Source: Eledone cirrhosa (Eukaryota). Taken from it: DNA of 64,000 nt. The notes beneath the pieces were generated by a model. The model saw nothing but the letters and a program-made list of their open reading frames with translations. It was not told where the DNA came from and searched no databases. The DNA lies in NCBI GenBank assembly GCA_964016885.1, contig OZ024742.1, positions 324,384,001 through 324,448,000 of the forward strand, in the 5' to 3' direction. Shown here piece by piece: positions 1-14,626 of this stretch (the first letter of the stretch is position 1; every line of letters starts with the position of its first letter). Both the position numbers and the translations under genes were made by a program.

Positions 1-1843
1 GTGGTTACTGTTGTTACTGTAGTTACTGTTGTTACTGTTGTTACTGTGGTTACTGTTGTTACTGTTGTTACTGTTGTTACTGTGGTTACCGTTGTTACTG
101 TTGTTACTGTTGTTACTGTTGTTACTGTTGTTACTGTTGTTACTGTTGTTACTGTTGTTACTGTTGTTACTGTTGTTACTGTGGTTACTGTTGTTACCGT
201 TGTTACTGTTGTTACCGTTGTTACTGTTGTTACCGTTGTTACTGTTGTTACTGTTGTTACTGTTGTTACTGTGGTTACTGTGGTTACTGTTGTTACTGTG
301 GTTACTGTTGTTACTGTTGTTACTGTGGTTACTGTTGTTACTGTTGTTACTGTTGTTACCGTTGTTACTGTTGTTACCGTTGTTACTGTTGTTACTGTTG
401 TTACTGTTGTTACTGTTGTTACTGTTGTTACTGTTGTTACTGTTGTTACTGTGGTTACTGTTGTTACTGTTGTTACTGTTGTTACTGTTGTTACTGTTGT
501 TACTGTTGTTACTGTGGTTACTGTTGTTACTGTTGTTACTGTTGTTACTTTTGTTACTTTTGTTACTGTTGTTACCGTTGTTACTGTTGTTACCGTTGTT
601 ACTGTTGTTACTGTTGTTACTGTTGTTACTGTTGTTACTGTTGTTACTGTTGTTACTGTTGTTACTGTGGTCACTGTTGTTACTGTTGTTACTGTTGTTA
701 CTGTTGTTACTGTGGTTACTGTTGTTACTGTTGTTACTGTTGTTACTGTGGTTACTGTTGTTACTGTTGTTACTGTTGTTACTGTTGTTACTGTTGTTAC
801 TGTGGTTACTGTTGTTACTGTTGTTACTGTTGTTTCTGTTTTTACTGTTGTTACTGTTGTTACTGTGGTTACTGTTGTTACTGTTGTTACTGTTGTTACT
901 GTTGTTACTGTTGTTACTGTTGTTACTGTGGTTACTGTTGTTACTGTTGTTACTGTTGTTACTGTTGTTACTGTTGTTACTGTTGTTACTGTGGTTACTG
1001 TTGTTACTGTTGTTACTGTTGTTACTTTTGTTACTTTTGTTACCGTTGTTACCGTTGTTACTGTTGTTACTGTTGTTACTGTTGTTACTGTTGTTACTGT
1101 TGTTACTGTTGTTACTGTTGTTACTGTGGTTACTGTTGTTACTGTTGTTACTGTTGTTACTGTTGTTACTGTTGTTACTGTTGTTACTGTTGTTACTGTT
1201 GTTACCGTTGTTACTGTTGTTACTGTTGTTACTGTTGTTACTGTTGTTACTGTTGTTACTGTTGTTACTGTTGTTACCGTTGTTACTGTTGTTACTGTTG
1301 TTACTGTTGTTACTGTTGTTACAGTTGTTACTGTTGTTACTGTTGTTACAGTTGTTACTGTTGTTACTGTGGTTACTGTTGCTACTGTTGTTACTGTGGT
1401 TACTGTGGTTACTGTTGTTACTGTTGTTACTGTTGTTACAGTTGTTACTGTTGTTACAGTTGTTACTGTTGTTACTGTTGTTACTGTTGTTACTGTTGTT
1501 ACTGTTGAAACTGTGGTTACTGTTGTTACTGTTGTTACTGTTGTTACTGTTGTTACTGTTCTTACTGTTCTTACTGTTGTTACTGTTGTTACTGTTGTTA
1601 CTGTTGAAACTGTGGTTACTGTTGTTACTGTTGTTACAGTTGTTACTGTTGTTACTGTTGTTACTGTTGTTACTGTTGTTACTGTTGTTACTGTGGTTAC
1701 TGTGGTTACTGTTGTTACTGTTGTTACTGTTGTTACTGTTGTTACTGTTGTTACTGTTGAAACTGTTGTTACTGTTGTTACCGTTGTTACCGTTGTTACT
1801 GTGGTTACCGTTGTTACTGTTGTTACTGTTGTTACTGTTGTTA
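1..1843. repeat. 9-bp satellite (GTTGTTACT)n, runs off window start
   Basis: Near-perfect 9-mer array with sporadic GTG/ACC/ACA variants. Confidence 0.97.
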
Positions 1844-1941
1844 TTAAGCTTGTTGATGGAGGTTCTGGTAGTGGTAGTAGTAGCAGTGTTGTTGCTACTG
1901 ACGTGGCGGTGGTACTGCTGTTGCCGCTGTTGTTATTATTG

Positions 1942-2142
1942 AGGGCGGTGGATTGACAGTATCGGTAGAGGGAGGACGCCATGCCTTGCGGCATAGAGTT
2001 GCGGCACTTTACGGTCTGAGTTCAAATCCCGCCGAGGTGAGTTTTGAATTTTGCCTTTCATCCTTACGAGGTCGATAAAATAAAGTACCAGTAATGTACT
2101 AGGATAATTGCTGGCCTTGTGCCAAAAGTAGAAACAATTATT
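1942..2142 (+). mobile_element. tRNA-derived SINE
   Basis: A-box-like head, B box GAGTTCAAATCC and core GCCTTTCATCCTTACGAGGTCGATAAAATAAAGTACCAG (resembles a MetaSINE-type core); many copies in the window. Confidence 0.85.
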
Positions 2143-2149
2143 GATGGGC

Positions 2150-3020
2150 TTTGTGGTAGAGGTGCTGGTTATGTTAGTAATGTTGTTGGTGGTTGTCGCT
2201 TTGTTGCTGCAGCTGAGTGCTGTTGCTGTTGTTGTTGTTGGTGGCGGTTGCCGCTTTGTTGTTGTAGTTGAGTGTTGTTGTTGCTGGTGGTTGTTGTTGT
2301 TGGTGGTGCTGTCGTGGTTGTCGTATTGTTGCTGTAGTTGAGTGTTGTTGTTGGTGGTGGTGGGCGTTGTTGGTGGTGGTGCTGTCGTTGTTGTCGTATT
2401 GTTGCTGTAGTTGAGTGTTGTTGTTGGTGGTGGTGGGGGTTGTTGGTGGTGGTGCTGTCGTTGTTGTCGTATTGTTGCTGTAGTTGAGTGTTGTTGTTGC
2501 TGGTGGTTGTTGTTGTTGGTGGTGGTGCTGTCGTGGTTGTCGTATTGTTGCTGTAGTTGAGTGTTGTTGTTGGTGGTGCTGTCGTGGTTGTCGTATTGTT
2601 GCTGTAGTTGAGTGTTGTTGTTGGTGGTGGTTGTCGTTTTGTTGCTGTAGTTGAGTGTTGTTGTTGTTGGTGGTTGTCGTATTGTTGCTGTAGTTGAGTG
2701 TTGTTGTTGTTGTTGGTGGTGTAGTTGAGTGTTGTTGTTGTTGTTGTTGGTGGTGGTGGTGATGGTGGGAGTCGCGATGGTGGTGCTGGTGGTAATGTTT
2801 TCCTTCTTGTTGAAACTTGTGGTGGTGATAGTATTAGTGTTGGTGTTGACGTTGTTTGTGGTATTTCGATATTATTGTTATTGGTAGTATTCTGCTTGCT
2901 GTTGTCAGTGTTACCGTTACTGCAGTAAACATTTTGTTGTTGTTGGTGGTGTGGTAGCATTGTTGTAATTGGTACAGTGTTGTTGTTTTTGTTGTTGTTA
3001 GTAATTTTCATGTAGTTCAA
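2150..3020. repeat. GTT/GGT-rich complex tandem repeat
   Basis: Recurring unit GTCGTATTGTTGCTGTAGTTGAGTGTTGTTG embedded in triplet repeats. Confidence 0.85.
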
Positions 3021-4989
3021 CAGAAAGTCCGTCGTAAGCGAACAAAGATGCTGCAGTTATGATCATCACGTCATTCTTTTGAGCATTGTGTATCTGGGAC
3101 TACATTATCTGACATGTTCCTTTTTAAAGACAATATTGTTATGTTTGTTGTTGTTGTTGATAGTAATGGTAGTGGAAGTAGTGTTATTGTCGTTATTGGT
3201 TTGTACCGTTTAGATGAAGGAAGGAAGAGCATTGCCTATAACTATTTTTTCTGGGACTCCGAGACTGGCATGAGGAAGTGAAAGTTATGCTCAAACCGGG
3301 ACCCAACCCGAATGCTTCTAACAAAGTGAACTCCTCTAAAGGTACTCAAAAGTTATGTGTTGGTGTTAAGCCCAGTGAAGACTGATTTAGTACACCTACT
3401 AAGAACTCAGAATGCAAAGAACTGGGACAAATAGCACAATGCATCGTCCGAGGCCATAACAATTCAGTCCATCGACTTCCATGCACTGGTACCTAGTTTT
3501 ATCGACCCAGAAGAGATGAAAGTCAAAGTTGATCTCGGTAAGATTTAAATTTAGAGTGCAGTTGTGACTCTCCAAATTCGCCTGTATTTGTTTTTTTTTG
3601 CATATTTTTGGCAGCCATTTTCTATTTTTTTTTCAATTGTTGATATTGTTGTTGATGTTACAGATTTTATAGTTATTGTTCGAATTGTTTATATGTTTAA
3701 TTCTTCTTCTTCATATTGCGGTGTTTTTATTTATTGTTGTCGATACTGTAATTAACTAACACATCTGTATGGTCATGTTGTTGTTGTCGTTGGGCGTATG
3801 TTTGTTCGTTATTGTTGTAGTCGATGTGGTTTTGTACAGCTTGTTGTTGATGTCTTTTTCTTTTGTAGCTCTTCCTGTTGCTATTTCTACTGTTGTTGTT
3901 GACGTTGTTATTGTTGTTGTTGCTGTTATCATTACCGAAGAAGCATTTGTGTTGCTTTTGTTTCACTGTTGTTATTGTGGGACCAGAACCACATACACTG
4001 ACACTACCACCACCAACAGCGACAACAACACACAGGGAATTTAAGGGCAGCACCCCACATGACCACAGTTCTCGGTTGGCACTTTATTCTATTGATCCGA
4101 AAGGATAACAGGCAAAGTTGACATCAGGAGGATTTGAACTCAGAGAGCAGAGAGTCGGAACAAATATACAAATATTTCTGAGTGTTGCATCTGACAAATA
4201 CCATTCACCACCATAAGCCATAGATGACTAAAATTACCAAACCGTGCAAGATGTCCACAGTTGGATCGAACACAGCAACACGTGGTTACGAAACGAACTT
4301 CTTAACTACACAGCCACGCTGGCATCAGGCAGAGTCTATGTATCTTCTGGAAGAAAATATTTTTATTTTATTCAACGAGGACCTAACCGCAATTAATAAC
4401 CGCGAGAAACTTAAAATAACAGAATTTATTGCGACCCCAGAGACCTAGTTTTGAATGACCTGAGTGATGTAGTCATAAATAGTTGATAATAATCTATCGT
4501 CGTTGAATTAATTGGATGTATTCCACCATCACCACAACTAAAAAAGTTAAACAAACAAACAAAACAGACAAACGACACTTGGCCATATTCTTCTTCCACC
4601 AAGCCAATCATCATTCTTGTTAACTGTGTTATTGATTTTATTATTGTTGTTGATGTGGTTGTTGTCGTTGTCGTTGTTGTTGTTGCTGGTGGTGTTGACG
4701 ACGACGACCACGACGATGACGATGATGATGATGACGATAACGATTGCTGTTACTGTTACCTCGCCTCGGGACAGTACTGAGCGAGAAGATACACGATCAA
4801 AGACGTTCTATTCAGCATCATCTTGTTTATTTCGATTGAGTTATAGTGTAACTAGAACTAAATTATCAAATGATGATGATGATGATGATGATGAAGATGC
4901 TGATGACGACGAGGATGGTGATGATGATTTCTTTTTTTATCCCATCGTTGCAACATTTTCATGTATTATTTATTGTATTCCCAGTTCTG

Positions 4990-5125
4990 TGAATCGGGAC
5001 GTAGCAACACTGATGAGGAAAGACGAGAACAAGAGGGACGTGTTAGATAATTTCAGGCCCATAATGCTGCTAAATACAGTTTAAAATTTGGGCCAAGGTG
5101 TTAGCAAAAAGGTTGGTGTTTGTCG
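4990..5125 (+). pseudogene. Small non-LTR RT fragment
   Basis: Peptide LMRKDENKRDVLDNFRPIMLLNT matches the RT N-terminal RPI-LLN motif. Confidence 0.5.
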
Positions 5126-5295
5126 TCTCCTGCTCGTACTCTCCTATAACATTTCTTCCTTATCTTCTCAGTATCCTCTCGCATTTCAAACGCAACTGGT
5201 CTTACACACTCCTATACCATTCCATCCTTATTTTCTCACGTGTCAAACAGTCATCAAACAATATTCATGTCTTTTGATATGGCTACGTCAATGAG

Positions 5296-6480
5296 TTGAC
5301 AGTATTTGTCTTTCTTGTTCAATACGACAATGTCCAGGCGGTGATGCTCAATTACTCTATCAGTCTGAAAATCCCAATCTCAGAATATCATTACTTTCAT
5401 CCTGCATTACTTTACAAGGAACATTCTCAAGCCAATTCTCTATTAATTTATATTGGTATTTACGACATAACAGAAAATGAAGGTACAAACAGACTTTATC
5501 ATTTCGGTGCTTGTGTTCTTTTTGCGCAAGGCTCTCACATCCAGTTACCAAGTGGGTTACATTATGCACATTCTTTTCACAGAGTCTGCATTTCTGGGTG
5601 TCAGAAGTTTTGTAGATGTTATACTTCACCGAATTTTGTAGCAAGAACCTGGCCTTGCGTTGCAACCATAAGGCCTTCAGTGGTACGCTTCAAATTGTCT
5701 TGCTTAGCCCATACCTCTGATATTGTTTTATCCTTGAAATCCTGTGTATTTCTTTCAAACTGCCCGTGCATTCTCATTTCCAGAATATCCTCTTTTCTCT
5801 TGTCTTCAACTCCTTGGCTAAACTCCTCCTTACCAACCATTTCATCTGCATTTATACTCATATCTTCTACTCCATATAGCCAAAAGGCTTCGCCACTGTT
5901 TACCAAAAATTCTGCAAACGTTCTCCTTTCACTTCATATATAATGGTTTCTTATATAGACACAAGGCCAGCAATTTGGGGGTAGGGAAAGTCGATTAAAT
6001 CGTCCCCAGTGCGTGACTGATATTTTATTTTATCGACCCCGTAAGGATGAAAGGCAAAGTTAACCTCGGCGGGATTTGAACTCAACTCGTAAAGGGCCGT
6101 AACTCAATGCTGCAAAGAATGGCGTCCGACTCTCTACCGATACTGCCAATCCACCGCCCTTTCACTTCATATATAATAATTCACACCAATGAGACCTCTA
6201 CCACCATTCTTTATCTTCATATACAATCCGTTTATATTTGCTTTAGTGTGTAAAGCTTCGTACAATGTCATTAACTTTCTCGTTTTTCTAACCAACCTCA
6301 CTATTTCTTCTGTAGTCAACCAGAGAATGGACGCACGATATCTAGCCACTGCGAATGCCTGGTATTCCTTGCAGTGACTAGATTTTTCACATTCAGGTTG
6401 GATTTAAAGATTATTTTTAATGATTTAAACATGTCTCTCTGAGCTTTTCTTTCAGTGTCATGCTGAATCCTCCTCGAGAA
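5296..6480 (-). mobile_element. Degraded RLE-type (R4/Dong-like) LINE fragment interrupted by a SINE
   Basis: LYMKIKNGGRGL, CRLC..THLVTGC..LAQKEHKHRNDKV (CCHC knuckle region); frameshifted. Confidence 0.75.
5945..6160 (-). mobile_element. tRNA-derived SINE
   Basis: Reverse complement of the 1942-2142 family. Confidence 0.85.
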
Positions 6481-6602
6481 CTACGTTAAAGGTACATATG
6501 TCTGTGGAATGGTCAGCCATTTGCACGTTAATTTCACGAGCAGGTTTTCTGTTGTCCAAACAACTGGAAGGTTTGTCTTCGTAATCGGCGGAGGTCCAGC
6601 AA

Positions 6603-6678
<76 letters not shown>

Positions 6679-6718
6679 TCCACCACCACCGCCACCACCA
6701 CCACCACCTCTACCTCCC

Positions 6719-6791
<73 letters not shown>

Positions 6792-7386
6792 GACTTGTTA
6801 TCATTGTAGTTGTATTGCTGTAGCTGTGCTGCTTTGCTTTGTTTTGTTCTTAAACTAACAGATCAAAGCTGTTGTTTGATCGAAAGAAATATCGGGTTCA
6901 CAACGCATATATATAACTCATATATATAACTCATATATATAACTCATATATATTCCATATATATTCCAAGAAATAAGTTAAAAATGAAATATAAAACAAG
7001 AATATATGTAGACTAAAGAATCCGCTCTCCCTACCAATAACAAAACCAAAAAAAAACAAAATATTAAACATCTCACGTGATCCTAAAATATAACATTTAC
7101 CATCTCAAACCCATTGATCATTGTGAATAGATATGTACCTACTAACTACAACATAGCAGGACCCCTGTCGAAACCCCAGCATATACATAGTATTACATGA
7201 AATCCATTAAACCCAAACGTGTACACATGTACACACATAAATAGTTATATATATATATGTATATGCGTATGGGTTATATTGAACATTAATAATAATATTC
7301 GATCCGTTTCCAGCAAACAGCCCGATAAATCTGTGTTGTGCCAATGACCAATCGTCATCTGTTTGTTCAACACTGGCATCGAGGAA

Positions 7387-7421
7387 CAATCAACATGTTT
7401 CTGGGTCATTACCCTTCATCT

Positions 7422-7422
<1 letters not shown>
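7387..7422 (-). ncRNA. Truncated minimal hammerhead-like motif
   Basis: rc: CAGATGA-a-ggg-taatga-ccc-a-GAAA-catg-TT-gattg; the 5' strand of stem I is replaced by (TA)n. Confidence 0.5.
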
Positions 7423-7466
<44 letters not shown>

Positions 7467-7509
7467 TATACCCCCCATATACATATATATATATATATAT
7501 GAACATTTT

Positions 7510-7603
7510 TGACCCCGACGGCAGAGTTCAAGCCGTTTCGACGGCTATTTCCAGAAATAGCCGTCGAAACGGCTTGAGCTCTGCCGTCGGGGTCATACTT
7601 TTT

Positions 7604-7605
<2 letters not shown>
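7510..7605. repeat. Hairpin of the TATGACCCCGACGGC family, next to (TA)n
   Basis: Near-perfect palindrome centred near 7552; related copies at 29200-29260, 35580-35830, 38975-39030 and 40759-40802. Confidence 0.9.
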
Positions 7606-7656
<51 letters not shown>

Positions 7657-7670
<14 letters not shown>

Positions 7671-8085
7671 AAATAAGGAATAAAACAATGAAACAGTTCC
7701 TTATATTAAACAAAAAAAGTTCATTATTTAACGATTGTTTCTAGGATATATATGTGTTAGAATTGGCATGCATATTCAACAGATCTATGTACAAAATTAT
7801 ACAAAATTATACAAACTATCAAAATTAAATATACATACCAACACATATATATGCCGTCTTCAGAAATAATGTATATTTCTGAAGACGGCATATATATGTG
7901 TTGGTATGTATATTTAATTTTGATAGTTTGTATAATTTTGTATAATTTTGTACATAGATCTGTTGAATATGCATGCCAATTCTAACACATATATATCCTA
8001 GAAACGATCGTTAAATAATGAACTTTTTTTGTTTAATATAAGGAACTGTTTCATTGTTTTATTCATTATTTTTTTAATATTTTAT
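7657..8085. repeat. Foldback element with ~210-bp arms
   Basis: 7657-7868 is the reverse complement of 7874-8085. Confidence 0.92.
7874..8017 (+). ncRNA. Type I hammerhead ribozyme with long stem II (mirror copy 7725-7868, minus)
   Basis: tattt-CTGAAGA-[atatatatgtgtt...aacacatatatat]-GAAA-cgatcg-TT-aaata. Confidence 0.7.
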
Positions 8086-8453
8086 CTTGACTCTGTATTC
8101 CGTTTATCTTTCACCGAAAGTGATTTTTCATTGCATCTCTTCTTTCCATGATATCCGGATTACATTGAGTTCTTCATACGGATTGGACACTACCGTAAAC
8201 TCTTGGTAGATTTATCTACATATATATATATATATATATATTCGGCCGGGCGCACCGAAAACGATAAATGGAATAGAATGAAACGAAATTTCATTTCTCA
8301 CTCTTAGTACGGCAGTTATTTAAATGTAAGTATGTATGTATGTATTGTATATCGACTAAACTCATTCGATATGCAAATTAGGCTGCTCAGCCGTTAATAT
8401 ACATAAGGAAAGTATATACTTTCAGACGTTCAACTATCTGGCAGGAAGGTATA

Positions 8454-8487
8454 CGATGCTGACCATAAGCTTGAAACTAGTACATCG
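8454..8487 (+). ncRNA. Minimal hammerhead (mutated core); sister copy 29545-29584 minus
   Basis: cgatg-CTGACCA-taagctt-GAAA-ctag-TA-catcg; the sister reads TTGACGA, so the consensus is CTGACGA. Confidence 0.65.
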
Positions 8488-9474
8488 TGCCCGTGTCAGT
8501 GTTGAACAAAAAGGTGACGTGGTTGCCTAAACTCTGAACGGCGTAATTCGGGCTGTTTGTTTGTTTACAAACAAACCGAACATTATAATAAATGTTCGGT
8601 AAACCCATACGTACACATATATATGTGTGCATGTATGTATATATATGCATACTACTGTACGTCTGTATACATATATTCATACATTCTTATATATATATAT
8701 ATATACATATATATAATCAATTTATTATTTAATTTATATAACAGATTAGAAGCACTCAATAGTTTTCTTCTGTAGTATAATATTAATGATATTAATAAAT
8801 GGAAACTATCTTTATAAAACCATATTTATTTTATTATATATATTTCAAGGGTTATATATATATATTTATGTATGTATTTATATTTATATAAAGTATATGT
8901 AACATACAATCTATATTGTAAAAAGAAGTATATTGATAAAAATAAAGTAATATATTTTAAAAGAATCGGTAGAGCGACAGGTATATTATGCTTTGCCATA
9001 TTCAAGTTAAGGATTTTTGCATTCTGAATCGAATTCCTGCCGAGGTAAACATTCCTTTTCATCATTCCGGATCAATAATTCAAGCAACTGCTCGATTTAA
9101 TCAGCTGTTTCTTTCCCACAAATTCCTGGCTTTGGGCCTATGTTTGAAATTATTTTTATTATACTGGATTATAGCAACGATACTGTTACGTCCCTTTAGG
9201 TTTTAATTTTAAATCTGTCGGAATCGATGCCAGAATCAATTGAATCGATCCACGCCCAAACAAATTTGTGCTCTTCGAACATAAAGTGTTATATTATTGA
9301 TTCTTTTACATCTCCACAAAGTGGTGGGCAGGGTGTGGTCAATTTAATGGACTCCATTTCAGTAATATTTCATTGACCTATAATCAAAAGATGAAAAACA
9401 ATGTCGACCTCAGCAGTCTTTGAACTCAAACTAGTGATATTGCTTTTCTTTCTTGCCATGTGCAGTTTAGTAGT

Positions 9475-9537
<63 letters not shown>

Positions 9538-11885
9538 GCAGAGAAAAAGAGGCAGATAGAGAGAGAAAGATAAGAAGAAACTGAGGAAGAGAGAGAGAAA
9601 AGGGAAAGTTGGAGAAATCAACCCCAAAAGATGAAAAGTGAAGTTGACGTTTGCGGGATTTGAACTCAGAGCGCAGAAATCCGGAATAAACACATCAAAG
9701 CCTTTTATCCGACGCTCTAAGGATTCTAAGAGTTCGTCACCTGACTAGTGACCAAACATTTTTCCGTCATAATATTTTCGGAGACTTTATCTTAGAGTCA
9801 GGTGGATATTGGAAGAGTCATTTGAGCGTCGGATTAAATGTTTCTCAGTTTTTGTTTTGGCTTTCTAAGCATTGAATTTAAACCCTGCCAAAGTTTACAT
9901 GGCCTTTCATCCTTTCCAGATCGAGGGCGGATAAGATACCAGATGTGACATTTCATGGCATTTGTTCCAGTCCTTTATTTTCTGAGTTCGTCCGTGAAGT
10001 CACTCGTGTCAAGCTGAATTAACTCTTGCCTTTCACATGAACAATATCGGTGGCATAAGAAGGGGAAATTGCAAAGAAAGATGACTGCTGGTATTCCCCC
10101 AAATCATTAATCAGGCCTACGGCTTGGAGAAGAACTTTTCCAAGTGCAGAACCATGGCCTTACAGAAATAACGTTGCCCTAGATATCTTGGACTACATTA
10201 TCCTATTTGTATTTCCTTCATTTTCAAACTGCAATTCATCATTTGAAAGAGAATTGGTTGCTATGTGCATCAAATTGTATGACCATGTAGAATCTCTCTC
10301 ATTATGTATTTTTATGTACATTAGAATGCAGTGTGTTTATAGTTGGATTTTGTATCTCAGCAGTATATTTGTAGTGCTGTAGAAAGTGAGGTAAATCCAT
10401 AGTGAAACGAGAATGTGAAGTGGGCTCATTCTTCGATTGAAGCAATATTTATTTTATGTAGGTTGTTAATGTCTGAAAGGTACGAAGGAACCATCCTATT
10501 TAACTTTTCTTTCAGCATATTACGTCACTGAAGCTTAGATACTTGCAGTGGCTTCTCTTTGGAAACCTGGTCTGAATGCTTGCAACATATATGTCACTAA
10601 TGTCTGTGGGAAAACATGAAGGTCACCACACAATCATACTTAACTTGTCTTTTTACAAGTCAAATTGACCTTTCCTCCTTTTGGGGTCGATTAATAAAGT
10701 GCAAGTCCTGGAATAGAGTTAGGAACAACAGGCGGTATTAACGATGGAAAGACCAATTCATATGTAGTTCCCTTGGTTCGACCTTACGATCAGCTTCATT
10801 CAGTTTTTTTAACAACGTCGCCATTACTGAAGCTAAGTTAGGTGCGGTGTGCTTCCGGCACATTTTTGGCAATCAACAATAGATTACACACTTCATTTAT
10901 TGAAGTTAGACTTTGCCAGATGAACAAAAGAATAGATACATGATGGCTTTCTTTGTTGGAGAGTATAGAAGACATTAAAGGTGACAGATTTGAACAGGCC
11001 AAAGAAAATGTAAGGGAAATAAAAAGACATTCATGACTAGAAAATGAAAGAGTTAAAAGATGATTAAATGAAGAAAAGGTGTTCGGGAAAGAAAACAAAT
11101 GAAAAAAGAAAGATACGATACTGATCATACTGATCATAAAGGTACTGGCGGTTATGATGGTGATGATGATGACGATGATGATGACGATGGCGGCTGCTGC
11201 TGATGATGGTGATGACGGTGACGATGTTAATAAAGGTGATGACGAAGATGACGATGCTAATGCTAATGCTGATAACGATGATGATGATAAAAGTGACGTA
11301 AAGAACAAGGATGATGATGTTGTTGTTGTTTAACATTAGGTTAGATCTGATCAATTCAATCTAAAATAAAAAATACATTCCAGTCGTAACCATCCTATCA
11401 TTTTCTTGTGTAGAGGGAACCTAACTACACATTATCTATTGTTTCTTTTCCAAGGATGTGATTCAAGAGAGTTTTGGCTGCTATTTCTAGCAGGTTGGGC
11501 GACCACTTAGAAGTATTCTCATTAACAATAGAATGAAGGTGTGAATGATAATAATGTTAATTGATCTTAGTGATAACAATGATGGTGATTGTGATGACGA
11601 TAATGACGGTTATAATGCAGAAGATGCTGGTTAAATGACGGTTATAATGCAGAAGATGCTGAAAAAGATAATGATGATGATAATGATGATGATGAAGATG
11701 ATGACAGTGAGGTTGATTATGATGTTGATAATGATGATACTGTTGATGATGAAGATTATGATGATTAAGATGTTGATAATGATGATACTGCTGATGAAAA
11801 TAACGATGAGGATGATATATATTGTATGTAAGTCTATATGTATGTAGGTGTGTATGTATGCATGTTTGTATGTATGTATGCATGC

Positions 11886-12670
11886 ATGTTGCCTTGTTCT
11901 TCTTTTTGGCAAACATCATCTTGGTTAAGAGAGTGGGACTGGCTTTGTGCAGTGCCTTTGCTCACTATAAAAGCTTCACGGCACAGGCATTGCTTTATAT
12001 CTGGAGATCTCTCTGCACTTGTCGTCACATGGTGCCATGGGCCCAGCACTATGTGTCAATATTTGTCACAAGTCTAGTGTTTGTACCAGAGTTTTCATGT
12101 CGCTGGCTGGACTAAAAAGTCACACTCGTTCAGCGCATCGGTAGGGGTTCCCCTACATGGATATAAAGTAGTGGCCGTACTCGAAAACGAGTTGGCAGCC
12201 ACCATGTATGTATGTATGTATGTATGTATGTATGTATGTATGTATGTATGTATGTATGTATCCGGGAGAGATGACCCCTTAGCCTTTGTCAAGGCAGAAT
12301 TCTAGGAGAAGGAAAACTCTGATATAACACCTGCAACCCTGATGGTATCCAATGATGTTGACTTGTTCTTCTTTTTGGTAAATATCATCTTGGTTAAGAG
12401 AGTGGGACTGGCTTTGTGCAGTGCCTTTGCTCACTATAAAAGCTTCACGGCACAGGCATTGCTTTATATCTGGAGATCTCTCTGCACTTGCCGTCACATG
12501 GTACCATGGGCCCAGCACTGTGTCAATAATTGTCACAAGTGTAGTGTTTGTACCAGAGTTTTCAAGTCGCTGGCTGGACTAAAAATTCACACTCGTTCAG
12601 CGCATCGGTAGGAGTTCTCCTACATGGATATAAAGTAGTGGCCGTACTCGAAAACGAGTTGGCAGCCACC
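11886..12670 (+). mobile_element. Two tandem non-autonomous RTE-like units, each ending in (ATGT)n
   Basis: 11886-12203 duplicates 12355-12670; C2H2 finger [23 protein letters not shown] at the 3' end; RTE-like 5' motif CTAGGAGAAGGAAAACTCTGA. Confidence 0.6.
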
Positions 12671-12927
12671 ATGTATGTATGTATGTATGTATGTATGTAT
12701 GTATGTATGTATGTATGTATGTATGTATGTATGTATGTACGTATGTATGTATTTATGTATGTACGTGCGTATGTATGTATGTACGTACGTATGTATGTAC
12801 GTGCGTATGTATGTACGTACGTATGTATGTATGTACGTATGTATGTATATATGTATGCATATATGTATGTATATATATATATGTATGTATATATGTATGT
12901 ACGTATGGACGTATGTATATATGCATG

Positions 12928-12960
<33 letters not shown>

Positions 12961-12989
12961 GTATGTACGTATGGATGTATGTATATATG

Positions 12990-13041
<52 letters not shown>

Positions 13042-13107
13042 TGTATGTATGTATGTATGTATGTATGTACGTATGTATGTATGTATATATGTATGTATGT
13101 ATATATG

Positions 13108-13160
<53 letters not shown>

Positions 13161-13548
13161 ATATGTATGTACGTATGGATGTATTTATGTATGTATGTAA
13201 GAAGATGATGTTGATAACGACGAAAATGATGGTGATGAAGATGGTGATGATGATTTGATAATGATGAAGATGTCGATTACGATGATGATGATGTCAAGGG
13301 TGATGCTGCTGACGATCATTACGATGATATGAAATGTGATAATGATGATGATTAATTACCTGCAGTTTCAGAAGATTATTAATGGTTTCCTTGAAGAGGA
13401 GTAAATGAGTTATAAATAACGAGCCATGAAGAGAGATCACATTGGAGAAACTGTATGTATGTATGTATGTATGTATGTATGTATGTATGTATGTATGTAT
13501 GTATGTATGTATGTATGTATGTATGTATGTATGTATGTATGTATGTAT

Positions 13549-14235
13549 GTTGTTATCTCTTTCTCTTAATTTCGAGTATATTCTTTTGACCAGCCACCTT
13601 CCTGGTGGCAAGGTTGTAAAAGAAAAGAAATTGTCACCCCTTGAATCGCAAGAATGTTTTGCAAATTTTGAAGGTGCCAGCTATCGCAGCCATATGTAGA
13701 CTATGAATTAGGGAGCTGCGCTCTTTGTCCGCAAATCTAAGTTCAGTCATACTTTGGTCCAAGCGGGTTGGTATATAACCCGTAGCTCCAATAATGATGG
13801 GTATGAAGCTAAAGGTGTATCTTGGATACTGGATTTGTAAACTCCTCATCAATGGTCCGTAGATGTCCTCCTTCTCCTGTATTTTTCTGACAACGTTTAC
13901 ATCAAGTGGGCAGCTGATCTCCACAACAGAACACGTTTTCAATGTGTGGTCCTAAACAACAATATCAGGCCGGTTGTGCTTTAATTTGGTGGCAGTTTTT
14001 ATTTTCAGGTTCCACCAGTATTCCTTAGTGCCATCTGTCTCAATATATTCTTCCTCGTTTGTTGTTAATTTTGTTTTCCGAAGTGCGTTCCAGATGGTTC
14101 TAGCTATCCCATCGTGTCCCATGGGGAGGTAGTAGCGAGATGACATTCTTTCGCAGCTGGCAACAATGTGGCTTACATCCTCGATCTTTGTTTTATATAG
14201 CCTACATTTATTGTCAGCTGATGGCCCTCCCCTTT
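13549..14235 (-). mobile_element. 3' fragment of an RLE-type LINE flanked by (TATG)n
   Basis: CRL..VSHIVASC..HD, WWN..RPDIVV..VEISCP..KE..Y..IPIIIGATG (PD-(D/E)xK nuclease). Confidence 0.8.
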
Positions 14236-14626
14236 TGTATGTATGTATGTATGTATGTATGTATGTATGTATGTATGTATGTTTGTATGTATGTATGTAT
14301 GTATGTATGTATGTATGTATGTATGTATGTATGTATGCATGCGTGTATGTGTGTATGTATGTATGGTTGTTTGTATGTATGTATGTATGTATGTATGTAT
14401 GTATGTATGTATGTATGTATGTATGTATGTATGTATGTATGTGTCTATGTATGTATTCATGGATGCATGTATGTTGTTTGTTTGTATGTATGCATGCGTG
14501 TATGTATGTGTGTATGTATGTATGCATGTATGATGCATGTATGTATATATGTATGATGCATGTATGTATATATGTATGTATATTCATGTATGTATGTACG
14601 TATGTATGTGAGTGCGCGTAAGTATG

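Noticed and set aside
1-1956. 651-aa VTV and 637-aa poly-L ORFs, or an antisense TTV mucin-like reading; common variants are synonymous
   Set aside because: This is a 9-bp satellite. Independent variant types are about half non-synonymous, and no start or splice context is visible.
1942-2040. tRNA gene
   Set aside because: The B box belongs to a multi-copy SINE head; no cloverleaf is evident
12548-13258. Long [12 protein letters not shown] ORFs here and throughout the window
   Set aside because: Translations of (TATG)n, (TA)n and (CA)n microsatellites
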